Shown here piece by piece: positions 1 to 13,000 of a DNA stretch of 64,000 bases; position 1 is the stretch's first letter, and the number at the start of each line of letters is the position of its first letter. Source of the stretch: Auanema rhodensis (lineage: Eukaryota > Animalia > Nematoda); NCBI GenBank assembly GCA_964057225.1, contig OZ059895.1:23622001-23686000 (forward strand), in the 5' to 3' direction. Below the pieces are notes generated by a model. It was not told the DNA's origin. It did not search any database and worked only from the letters and a program-made list of their open reading frames with translations. The position numbers were made by a program, and so were the translations under genes.

Positions 1-7
1 AACTCGC

Positions 8-17
8 TTCACGTGAA
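8..17. other. Perfect 10-bp palindrome TTCACGTGAA (E-box/G-box core), one per monomer
   Basis: Read directly at monomer positions 8-17. A second CACGTG lies at 154-159 and a degenerate copy, TTTACGTGAA, at 119-128. Confidence 0.9.
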
Positions 18-96
18 AGATAAAGAGATGCGATTTTCAAAATTAGATTCCCCATGTCCATATTAGTCTAAAAACCAATTTTTATTGATATTGGTG

Positions 97-109
97 CATG
101 GTAACCATG
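97..109. other. Interrupted palindrome CATGGT-A-ACCATG, one per monomer (TCATGGTAACCATGA in T96 monomers)
   Basis: Read directly: 6-7 bp arms around a central A, containing GGTNACC. Confidence 0.9.
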
Positions 110-3100
110 ACTTTGAAATTTACGTGAACTTTAATTTATGCTAATTAAATGTACACGTGATGTGCACTTGGTATGTAACTCGCTTCACGTGAAAGATAAA
201 GAGATGCGGTTTTCAAAATTAGATTCCCCATGTCCATATTAGTCTAACAACAAATTTTTATTGATATTGGTGCATGGTAACCATGACTTTGAAATTTACG
301 TGAACTTTAATTTATGCTAATTAAATGTACACGTGATGTGCACTTGGTATGTAACTCGCTTCACGTGAAAGATAGAGAGATGCGGTTTTCAAAATTAGAT
401 TCCCCATGTCCATATTAGTCTAACAACAAATTTTTATTGATATTGGTGCATGGTAACCATGACTTTAAAATTTACGTGAACTTTAATTTATGCTAATTAA
501 ATGTACACGTGATGTGCACTTGGTATGTAACTCGCTTCACGTGAAAGATAAAGAGATGCGATTTTCAAAATTAGATTCCCCATGTCCATATTAGTCTAAA
601 AACCAATTTTTATTGATATTGGTGCATGGTAACCATGACTTTGAAATTTACGTGAACTTTAATTTATGCTAATTAAATGTACACGTGATGTGCACTTGGT
701 ATGTAACTCGCTTCACGTGAAAGATAAAGAGATGCGGTTTTCAAAATTAGATTCCCCATGTCCATATTAGTCTAAAAACCAATTTTTATTGATATTGGTG
801 CATGGTAACCATGACTTTGAAATTTACGTGAACTTTAATTTATGCTAATTAAATGTACACGTGATGTGCACTTGGTATGTAACTCGCTTCACGTGAAAGA
901 TAAAGAGATGCGATTTTCAAAATTAGATTCCCCATGTCCATATTAGTCTAAAAACCAATTTTTATTGATATTGGTGCATGGTAACCATGACTTTGAAATT
1001 TACGTGAACTTTAATTTATGCTAATTAAATGTACACGTGATGTGCACTTGGTATGTAACTCGCTTCACGTGAAAGATAGAGAGATGCGGTTTTCAAAATT
1101 AGATTCCCCATGTCCATATTAGTCTAACAACAAATTTTTATTGATATTGGTGCATGGTAACCATGACTTTAAAATTTACGTGAACTTTAATTTATGCTAA
1201 TTAAATATACACGTGATGTGCACTTGGTATGCAACTCGCTTCACGTGAAAGATAAAGAGATGCGGTTTTCAAAATTAGATTCCCCATGTCCATATTAGTA
1301 TAAAAACAAATTTTTATTGATATTGGTTCATGGTAACCATGACTTTGAAATTTACGTGAACTTTAATTTATGCTAATTAAATGTACACGTGATGTGCACT
1401 TGGTATGTAACTCGCTTCACGTGAAAGATAAAGAGATGCGGTTTTCAAAATTAGATTCCCCATGTCCATATTAGTCTAAAAACAAATTTTTATTGATATT
1501 GGTTCATGGTAACCATGACTTTGGAATTTACGTGAACTTTAATTTATGCTAATTAAATGTACACGTGATGTGCACTTGGTATGTAACTCGCTTCACGTGA
1601 AAGATAAAGAGATGCGATTTTCAAAATTAGATTCCCCATGTCCATATTAGTCTAAAAACCAATTTTTATTGATATTGGTGCATGGTAACCATGACTTTGA
1701 AATTTACGTGAACTTTAATTTATGCTAATTAAATGTACACGTGATGTGCACTTGGTATGTAACTCGCTTCACGTGAAAGATAAAGAGATGCGATTTTCAA
1801 AATTAGATTCCCCATGTCCATATTAGTCTAAAAACCAATTTTTATTGATATTGGTGCATGGTAACCATGACTTTGAAATTTACGTGAACTTTAATTTATG
1901 CTAATTAAATGTACACGTGATGTGCACTTGGTATGTAACTCGCTTCACGTGAAAGATAAAGAGATGCGGTTTTCAAAATTAGATTCCCCATGTCCATATT
2001 AGTCTAACAACAAATTTTTATTGATATTGGTGCATGGTAACCATGACTTTGAAATTTACGTGAACTTTAATTTATGCTAATTAAATGTACACGTGATGTG
2101 CACTTGGTATGTAACTCGCTTCACGTGAAAGATAGAGAGATGCGGTTTTCAAAATTAGATTCCCCATGTCCATATTAGTCTAACAACAAATTTTTATTGA
2201 TATTGGTGCATGGTAACCATGACTTTAAAATTTACGTGAACTTTAATTTATGCTAATTAAATGTACACGTGATGTGCACTTGGTATGCAACTCGCTTCAC
2301 GTGAAAGATAAAGAGATGCGGTTTTCAAAATTAGATTCCCCATGTCCATATTAGTATAAAAACAAATTTTTATTGATATTGGTTCATGGTAACCATGACT
2401 TTGAAATTTACGTGAACTTTAATTTATGCTAATTAAATGTACACGTGATGTGCACTTGGTATGTAACTCGCTTCACGTGAAAGATAAAGAGATGCGGTTT
2501 TCAAAATTAGATTCCCCATGTCCATATTAGTCTAAAAACAAATTTTTATTGATATTGGTTCATGGTAACCATGACTTTGGAATTTACGTGAACTTTAATT
2601 TATGCTAATTAAATGTACACGTGATGTGCACTTGGTATGTAACTCGCTTCACGTGAAAGATAAAGAGATGCGATTTTCAAAATTAGATTCCCCATGTCCA
2701 TATTAGTCTAAAAACCAATTTTTATTGATATTGGTGCATGGTAACCATGACTTTGAAATTTACGTGAACTTTAATTTATGCTAATTAAATGTACACGTGA
2801 TGTGCACTTGGTATGTAACTCGCTTCACGTGAAAGATAAAGAGATGCGATTTTCAAAATTAGATTCCCCATGTCCATATTAGTCTAAAAACCAATTTTTA
2901 TTGATATTGGTGCATGGTAACCATGACTTTGAAATTTACGTGAACTTTAATTTATGCTAATTAAATGTACACGTGATGTGCACTTGGTATGTAACTCGCT
3001 TCACGTGAAAGATAAAGAGATGCGATTTTCAAAATTAGATTCCCCATGTCCATATTAGTCTAAAAACCAATTTTTATTGATATTGGTGCATGGTAACCAT

Positions 3101-4004
3101 GACTTTGAAATTTACGTGAACTTTAATTTATGCTAATTAAATGTACACGTGATGTGCACTTGGTATGTAACTCGCTTCACGTGAAAGATAAAGAGATGCG
3201 ATTTTCAAAATTAGATTCCCCATGTCCATATTAGTCTAAAAACCAATTTTTATTGATATTGGTGCATGGTAACCATGACTTTGAAATTTACGTGAACTTT
3301 AATTTATGCTAATTAAATGTACACGTGATGTGCACTTGGTATGTAACTCGCTTCACGTGAAAGATAAAGAGATGCGGTTTTCAAAATTAGATTCCCCATG
3401 TCCATATTAGTCTAAAAACAAATTTTTATTGATATTGGTTCATGGTAACCATGACTTTGAAATTTACGTGAACTTTAATTTATGCTAATTAAATGTACAC
3501 GTGATGGGCACTTGGTATGTAACTCGCTTCACGTGAAAGATAAAGAGATGCGGTTTTCAAAATTAGATTCCCCATGTCCATATTAGTCTAACAACAAATT
3601 TTTATTGATATTGGTGGATGGTAACCATGACTTTGAAATTTACGTGAACTTTAATTTATGCTAATTAAATGTACACGCGATGTGCACTTGGTATGTAACT
3701 CGCTTCACGTGAAAGATAAAGTGATGCGGTTTTCAAAATTAGATTCCCCATGTCCATATTAGTCTAAAAACAAATTTTTATTGATATTGGTTCATGGTAA
3801 CCATGACTTTGAAATTTACGTGAACTTTAATTTATGCTAATTAATTGTACACGTGATGTGCACTTGGTTTGTAACTCGCTTCACGTGAAAGATAAAGAGA
3901 TGCGGTTTTCAAAATTAGATTCCCCATGTCCATATTAGTCTAAAAACAAATTTTTATTGATATTGGTTCATGGTAACCATGACTTTGAAATTTACGTGAA
4001 CTTT

Positions 4005-4046
4005 AATTTATGCCAATTAAATGTAAATTTATGCTAATTAAATGTA
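4005..4046. repeat. 21-bp intra-monomer tandem duplication (AATTTATGCCAATTAAATGTA + AATTTATGCTAATTAAATGTA); also at 4202, 13903, 14980, 17993, 18894, 19443
   Basis: Monomer starts 3873, 4070 and 4267 are 197 bp apart. The cumulative offset at 19508 equals 110x176 + 7x21, which confirms seven copies. Confidence 0.95.
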
Positions 4047-7000
4047 CACGTGATGTGCACTTGGTATGTAACTCGCTTCACGTGAAAGATAAAGAGATGC
4101 GGTTTTCAAAATTAGATTCCCCATGTCCATATTAGTCTAAAAACAAATTTTTATTGATATTGGTTCATGGTAACCATGACTTTGAAATTTACGTGAACTT
4201 TAATTTATGCCAATTAAATGTAAATTTATGCTAATTAAATGTACACGTGATGTGCACTTGGTATGTAACTCGCTTCACGTGAAAGATAAAGAGATGCGGT
4301 TTTCAAAATTAGATTCCCCATGTCCATATTAGTCTAACAACAAATTTTTATTGATATTGGTGCATGGTAACCATGACTTTGAAATTTACGTGAACTTTAA
4401 TTTATGCTAATTAAATGTACACGTGATGTGCACTTGGTATGTAACTCGCTTCACGTGAAAGATAGAGAGATGCGGTTTTCAAAATTAGATTCCCCATGTC
4501 CATATTAGTCTAACAACAAATTTTTATTGATATTGGTGCATGGTAACCATGACTTTAAAATTTACGTGAACTTTAATTTATGCTAATTAAATGTACACGT
4601 GATGTGCACTTGGTATGCAACTCGCTTCACGTGAAAGATAAAGAGATGCGGTTTTCAAAATTAGATTCCCCATGTCCATATTAGTATAAAAACAAATTTT
4701 TATTGATATTGGTTCATGGTAACCATGACTTTGAAATTTACGTGAACTTTAATTTATGCTAATTAAATGTACACGTGATGTGCACTTGGTATGTAACTCG
4801 CTTCACGTGAAAGATAAAGAGATGCGGTTTTCAAAATTAGATTCCCCATGTCCATATTAGTCTAAAAACAAATTTTTATTGATATTGGTTCATGGTAACC
4901 ATGACTTTGGAATTTACGTGAACTTTAATTTATGCTAATTAAATGTACACGTGATGTGCACTTGGTATGTAACTCGCTTCACGTGAAAGATAAAGAGATG
5001 CGATTTTCAAAATTAGATTCCCCATGTCCATATTAGTCTAAAAACCAATTTTTATTGATATTGGTGCATGGTAACCATGACTTTGAAATTTACGTGAACT
5101 TTAATTTATGCTAATTAAATGTACACGTGATGTGCACTTGGTATGTAACTCGCTTCACGTGAAAGATAAAGAGATGCGATTTTCAAAATTAGATTCCCCA
5201 TGTCCATATTAGTCTAAAAACCAATTTTTATTGATATTGGTGCATGGTAACCATGACTTTGAAATTTACGTGAACTTTAATTTATGCTAATTAAATGTAC
5301 ACGTGATGTGCACTTGGTATGTAACTCGCTTCACGTGAAAGATAAAGAGATGCGATTTTCAAAATTAGATTCCCCATGTCCATATTAGTCTAAAAACCAA
5401 TTTTTATTGATATTGGTGCATGGTAACCATGACTTTGAAATTTACGTGAACTTTAATTTATGCTAATTAAATGTACACGTGATGTGCACTTGGTATGTAA
5501 CTCGCTTCACGTGAAAGATAAAGAGATGCGGTTTTCAAAATTAGATTCCCCATGTCCATATTAGTCTAACAACAAATTTTTATTGATATTGGTGCATGGT
5601 AACCATGACTTTGAAATTTACGTGAACTTTAATTTATGCTAATTAAATGTACACGTGATGTGCACTTGGTATGTAACTCGCTTCACGTGAAAGATAGAGA
5701 GATGCGGTTTTCAAAATTAGATTCCCCATGTCCATATTAGTCTAACAACAAATTTTTATTGATATTGGTGCATGGTAACCATGACTTTAAAATTTACGTG
5801 AACTTTAATTTATGCTAATTAAATGTACACGTGATGTGCACTTGGTATGCAACTCGCTTCACGTGAAAGATAAAGAGATGCGGTTTTCAAAATTAGATTC
5901 CCCATGTCCATATTAGTATAAAAACAAATTTTTATTGATATTGGTTCATGGTAACCATGACTTTGAAATTTACGTGAACTTTAATTTATGCTAATTAAAT
6001 GTACACGTGATGTGCACTTGGTATGTAACTCGCTTCACGTGAAAGATAAAGAGATGCGGTTTTCAAAATTAGATTCCCCATGTCCATATTAGTCTAAAAA
6101 CAAATTTTTATTGATATTGGTTCATGGTAACCATGACTTTGGAATTTACGTGAACTTTAATTTATGCTAATTAAATGTACACGTGATGTGCACTTGGTAT
6201 GTAACTCGCTTCACGTGAAAGATAAAGAGATGCGATTTTCAAAATTAGATTCCCCATGTCCATATTAGTCTAAAAACCAATTTTTATTGATATTGGTGCA
6301 TGGTAACCATGACTTTGAAATTTACGTGAACTTTAATTTATGCTAATTAAATGTACACGTGATGTGCACTTGGTATGTAACTCGCTTCACGTGAAAGATA
6401 AAGAGATGCGATTTTCAAAATTAGATTCCCCATGTCCATATTAGTCTAAAAACCAATTTTTATTGATATTGGTGCATGGTAACCATGACTTTGAAATTTA
6501 CGTGAACTTTAATTTATGCTAATTAAATGTACACGTGATGTGCACTTGGTATGTAACTCGCTTCACGTGAAAGATAAAGAGATGCGGTTTTCAAAATTAG
6601 ATTCCCCATGTCCATATTAGTCTAAAAACCAATTTTTATTGATATTGGTGCATGGTAACCATGACTTTGAAATTTACGTGAACTTTAATTTATGCTAATT
6701 AAATGTACACGTGATGTGCACTTGGTATGTAACTCGCTTCACGTGAAAGATAAAGAGATGCGATTTTCAAAATTAGATTCCCCATGTCCATATTAGTCTA
6801 AAAACCAATTTTTATTGATATTGGTGCATGGTAACCATGACTTTGAAATTTACGTGAACTTTAATTTATGCTAATTAAATGTACACGTGATGTGCACTTG
6901 GTATGTAACTCGCTTCACGTGAAAGATAGAGAGATGCGGTTTTCAAAATTAGATTCCCCATGTCCATATTAGTCTAACAACAAATTTTTATTGATATTGG

Positions 7001-10000
7001 TGCATGGTAACCATGACTTTAAAATTTACGTGAACTTTAATTTATGCTAATTAAATGTACACGTGATGTGCACTTGGTATGCAACTCGCTTCACGTGAAA
7101 GATAAAGAGATGCGGTTTTCAAAATTAGATTCCCCATGTCCATATTAGTATAAAAACAAATTTTTATTGATATTGGTTCATGGTAACCATGACTTTGAAA
7201 TTTACGTGAACTTTAATTTATGCTAATTAAATGTACACGTGATGTGCACTTGGTATGTAACTCGCTTCACGTGAAAGATAAAGAGATGCGGTTTTCAAAA
7301 TTAGATTCCCCATGTCCATATTAGTCTAAAAACAAATTTTTATTGATATTGGTTCATGGTAACCATGACTTTGGAATTTACGTGAACTTTAATTTATGCT
7401 AATTAAATGTACACGTGATGTGCACTTGGTATGTAACTCGCTTCACGTGAAAGATAAAGAGATGCGATTTTCAAAATTAGATTCCCCATGTCCATATTAG
7501 TCTAAAAACCAATTTTTATTGATATTGGTGCATGGTAACCATGACTTTGAAATTTACGTGAACTTTAATTTATGCTAATTAAATGTACACGTGATGTGCA
7601 CTTGGTATGTAACTCGCTTCACGTGAAAGATAAAGAGATGCGATTTTCAAAATTAGATTCCCCATGTCCATATTAGTCTAAAAACCAATTTTTATTGATA
7701 TTGGTGCATGGTAACCATGACTTTGAAATTTACGTGAACTTTAATTTATGCTAATTAAATGTACACGTGATGTGCACTTGGTATGTAACTCGCTTCACGT
7801 GAAAGATAAAGAGATGCGATTTTCAAAATTAGATTCCCCATGTCCATATTAGTCTAAAAACCAATTTTTATTGATATTGGTGCATGGTAACCATGACTTT
7901 GAAATTTACGTGAACTTTAATTTATGCTAATTAAATGTACACGTGATGTGCACTTGGTATGTAACTCGCTTCACGTGAAAGATAAAGAGATGCGGTTTTC
8001 AAAATTAGATTCCCCATGTCCATATTAGTCTAACAACAAATTTTTATTGATATTGGTGCATGGTAACCATGACTTTGAAATTTACGTGAACTTTAATTTA
8101 TGCTAATTAAATGTACACGTGATGTGCACTTGGTATGTAACTCGCTTCACGTGAAAGATAGAGAGATGCGGTTTTCAAAATTAGATTCCCCATGTCCATA
8201 TTAGTCTAACAACAAATTTTTATTGATATTGGTGCATGGTAACCATGACTTTAAAATTTACGTGAACTTTAATTTATGCTAATTAAATGTACACGTGATG
8301 TGCACTTGGTATGCAACTCGCTTCACGTGAAAGATAAAGAGATGCGGTTTTCAAAATTAGATTCCCCATGTCCATATTAGTATAAAAACAAATTTTTATT
8401 GATATTGGTTCATGGTAACCATGACTTTGAAATTTACGTGAACTTTAATTTATGCTAATTAAATATACACGTGATGTGCACTTGGTATGTAACTCGCTTC
8501 ACGTGAAAGATAAAGAGATGCGGTTTTCAAAATTAGATTCCCCATGTCCATATTAGTCTAAAAACAAATTTTTATTGATATTGGTTCATGGTAACCATGA
8601 CTTTGGAATTTACGTGAACTTTAATTTATGCTAATTAAATGTACACGTGATGTGCACTTGGTATGTAACTCGCTTCACGTGAAAGATAAAGAGATGCGAT
8701 TTTCAAAATTAGATTCCCCATGTCCATATTAGTCTAAAAACCAATTTTTATTGATATTGGTGCATGGTAACCATGACTTTGAAATTTACGTGAACTTTAA
8801 TTTATGCTAATTAAATGTACACGTGATGTGCACTTGGTATGTAACTCGCTTCACGTGAAAGATAAAGAGATGCGATTTTCAAAATTAGATTCCCCATGTC
8901 CATATTAGTCTAAAAACCAATTTTTATTGATATTGGTGCATGGTAACCATGACTTTGAAATTTACGTGAACTTTAATTTATGCTAATTAAATGTACACGT
9001 GATGTGCACTTGGTATGTAACTCGCTTCACGTGAAAGATAAAGAGATGCGATTTTCAAAATTAGATTCCCCATGTCCATATTAGTCTAAAAACCAATTTT
9101 TATTGATATTGGTGCATGGTAACCATGACTTTGAAATTTACGTGAACTTTAATTTATGCTAATTAAATGTACACGTGATGTGCACTTGGTATGTAACTCG
9201 CTTCACGTGAAAGATAAAGAGATGCGGTTTTCAAAATTAGATTCCCCATGTCCATATTAGTCTAACAACAAATTTTTATTGATATTGGTGCATGGTAACC
9301 ATGACTTTGAAATTTACGTGAACTTTAATTTATGCTAATTAAATGTACACGTGATGTGCACTTGGTATGTAACTCGCTTCACGTGAAAGATAGAGAGATG
9401 CGGTTTTCAAAATTAGATTCCCCATGTCCATATTAGTCTAACAACAAATTTTTATTGATATTGGTGCATGGTAACCATGACTTTAAAATTTACGTGAACT
9501 TTAATTTATGCTAATTAAATGTACACGTGATGTGCACTTGGTATGCAACTCGCTTCACGTGAAAGATAAAGAGATGCGGTTTTCAAAATTAGATTCCCCA
9601 TGTCCATATTAGTCTAAAAACAAATTTTTATTGATATTGGTTCATGGTAACCATGACTTTGGAATTTACGTGAACTTTAATTTATGCTAATTAAATGTAC
9701 ACGTGATGTGCACTTGGTATGTAACTCGCTTCACGTGAAAGATAAAGAGATGCGATTTTCAAAATTAGATTCCCCATGTCCATATTAGTCTAAAAACCAA
9801 TTTTTATTGATATTGGTGCATGGTAACCATGACTTTGAAATTTACGTGAACTTTAATTTATGCTAATTAAATGTACACGTGATGTGCACTTGGTATGTAA
9901 CTCGCTTCACGTGAAAGATAAAGAGATGCGATTTTCAAAATTAGATTCCCCATGTCCATATTAGTCTAAAAACCAATTTTTATTGATATTGGTGCATGGT

Positions 10001-13000
10001 AACCATGACTTTGAAATTTACGTGAACTTTAATTTATGCTAATTAAATGTACACGTGATGTGCACTTGGTATGTAACTCGCTTCACGTGAAAGATAAAGA
10101 GATGCGGTTTTCAAAATTAGATTCCCCATGTCCATATTAGTCTAAAAACCAATTTTTATTGATATTGGTGCATGGTAACCATGACTTTGAAATTTACGTG
10201 AACTTTAATTTATGCTAATTAAATGTACACGTGATGTGCACTTGGTATGTAACTCGCTTCACGTGAAAGATAAAGAGATGCGATTTTCAAAATTAGATTC
10301 CCCATGTCCATATTAGTCTAAAAACCAATTTTTATTGATATTGGTGCATGGTAACCATGACTTTGAAATTTACGTGAACTTTAATTTATGCTAATTAAAT
10401 GTACACGTGATGTGCACTTGGTATGTAACTCGCTTCACGTGAAAGATAGAGAGATGCGGTTTTCAAAATTAGATTCCCCATGTCCATATTAGTCTAACAA
10501 CAAATTTTTATTGATATTGGTGCATGGTAACCATGACTTTAAAATTTACGTGAACTTTAATTTATGCTAATTAAATGTACACGTGATGTGCACTTGGTAT
10601 GCAACTCGCTTCACGTGAAAGATAAAGAGATGCGGTTTTCAAAATTAGATTCCCCATGTCCATATTAGTATAAAAACAAATTTTTATTGATATTGGTTCA
10701 TGGTAACCATGACTTTGAAATTTACGTGAACTTTAATTTATGCTAATTAAATGTACACGTGATGTGCACTTGGTATGTAACTCGCTTCACGTGAAAGATA
10801 AAGAGATGCGGTTTTCAAAATTAGATTCCCCATGTCCATATTAGTCTAAAAACAAATTTTTATTGATATTGGTTCATGGTAACCATGACTTTGGAATTTA
10901 CGTGAACTTTAATTTATGCTAATTAAATGTACACGTGATGTGCACTTGGTATGTAACTCGCTTCACGTGAAAGATAAAGAGATGCGATTTTCAAAATTAG
11001 ATTCCCCATGTCCATATTAGTCTAAAAACCAATTTTTATTGATATTGGTGCATGGTAACCATGACTTTGAAATTTACGTGAACTTTAATTTATGCTAATT
11101 AAATGTACACGTGATGTGCACTTGGTATGTAACTCGCTTCACGTGAAAGATAAAGAGATGCGATTTTCAAAATTAGATTCCCCATGTCCATATTAGTCTA
11201 AAAACCAATTTTTATTGATATTGGTGCATGGTAACCATGACTTTGAAATTTACGTGAACTTTAATTTATGCTAATTAAATGTACACGTGATGTGCACTTG
11301 GTATGTAACTCGCTTCACGTGAAAGATAAAGAGATGCGATTTTCAAAATTAGATTCCCCATGTCCATATTAGTCTAAAAACCAATTTTTATTGATATTGG
11401 TGCATGGTAACCATGACTTTGAAATTTACGTGAACTTTAATTTATGCTAATTAAATGTACACGTGATGTGCACTTGGTATGTAACTCGCTTCACGTGAAA
11501 GATAAAGAGATGCGGTTTTCAAAATTAGATTCCCCATGTCCATATTAGTCTAACAACAAATTTTTATTGATATTGGTGCATGGTAACCATGACTTTGAAA
11601 TTTACGTGAACTTTAATTTATGCTAATTAAATGTACACGTGATGTGCACTTGGTATGTAACTCGCTTCACGTGAAAGATAGAGAGATGCGGTTTTCAAAA
11701 TTAGATTCCCCATGTCCATATTAGTCTAACAACAAATTTTTATTGATATTGGTGCATGGTAACCATGACTTTAAAATTTACGTGAACTTTAATTTATGCT
11801 AATTAAATGTACACGTGATGTGCACTTGGTATGCAACTCGCTTCACGTGAAAGATAAAGAGATGCGGTTTTCAAAATTAGATTCCCCATGTCCATATTAG
11901 TATAAAAACAAATTTTTATTGATATTGGTTCATGGTAACCATGACTTTGAAATTTACGTGAACTTTAATTTATGCTAATTAAATGTACACGTGATGTGCA
12001 CTTGGTATGTAACTCGCTTCACGTGAAAGATAAAGAGATGCGGTTTTCAAAATTAGATTCCCCATGTCCATATTAGTCTAAAAACAAATTTTTATTGATA
12101 TTGGTTCATGGTAACCATGACTTTGGAATTTACGTGAACTTTAATTTATGCTAATTAAATGTACACGTGATGTGCACTTGGTATGTAACTCGCTTCACGT
12201 GAAAGATAAAGAGATGCGGTTTTCAAAATTAGATTCCCCATGTCCATATTAGTCTAAAAACAAATTTTTATTGATATTGGTTCATGGTAACCATGACTTT
12301 GGAATTTACGTGAACTTTAATTTATGCTAATTAAATGTACACGTGATGTGCACTTGGTATGTAACTCGCTTCACGTGAAAGATAAAGAGATGCGATTTTC
12401 AAAATTAGATTCCCCATGTCCATATTAGTCTAAAAACCAATTTTTATTGATATTGGTGCATGGTAACCATGACTTTGAAATTTACGTGAACTTTAATTTA
12501 TGCTAATTAAATGTACACGTGATGTGCACTTGGTATGTAACTCGCTTCACGTGAAAGATAAAGAGATGCGATTTTCAAAATTAGATTCCCCATGTCCATA
12601 TTAGTCTAAAAACCAATTTTTATTGATATTGGTGCATGGTAACCATGACTTTGAAATTTACGTGAACTTTAATTTATGCTAATTAAATGTACACGTGATG
12701 TGCACTTGGTATGTAACTCGCTTCACGTGAAAGATAAAGAGATGCGATTTTCAAAATTAGATTCCCCATGTCCATATTAGTCTAAAAACCAATTTTTATT
12801 GATATTGGTGCATGGTAACCATGACTTTGAAATTTACGTGAACTTTAATTTATGCTAATTAAATGTACACGTGATGTGCACTTGGTATGTAACTCGCTTC
12901 ACGTGAAAGATAAAGAGATGCGATTTTCAAAATTAGATTTCCCATGTCCATATTAGTCTAAAAACCAATTTTTATTGATATTGGTGCATGGTAACCATGA

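Noticed and set aside
136-147. POU/homeodomain-like motif TTATGCTAATTA as a regulatory site
   Set aside because: A short AT-rich motif is expected by chance at this composition, and there is no gene context to support it.
31-161. Budding-yeast point centromere (CDEI-CDEII-CDEIII) on the minus strand
   Set aside because: ATCACGTG matches CDEI, but the following DNA is not a roughly 80-bp tract of over 90% AT. The CCG context does not match CDEIII, and point centromeres are not tandem arrays.
1-176. CENP-B box or primate alpha satellite
   Set aside because: There is no TTCG-N4-A-N2-CGGG on either strand, the monomer is 176 rather than 171 bp, and I see no recognisable similarity.
1-176. Assignment to known 176-178 bp satellites (Brassica CentBr, Arabidopsis CEN178, honeybee AluI repeat)
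   Set aside because: Only the length agrees. The consensus lacks HindIII and AluI sites and I recall no sequence similarity. A database search is needed, so no organism is claimed.
1-176. 5S rRNA, tRNA, snRNA or spliced-leader tandem gene array
   Set aside because: No recognisable 5S or tRNA sequence, A/B boxes or cloverleaf are present, and the composition is too AT-rich.
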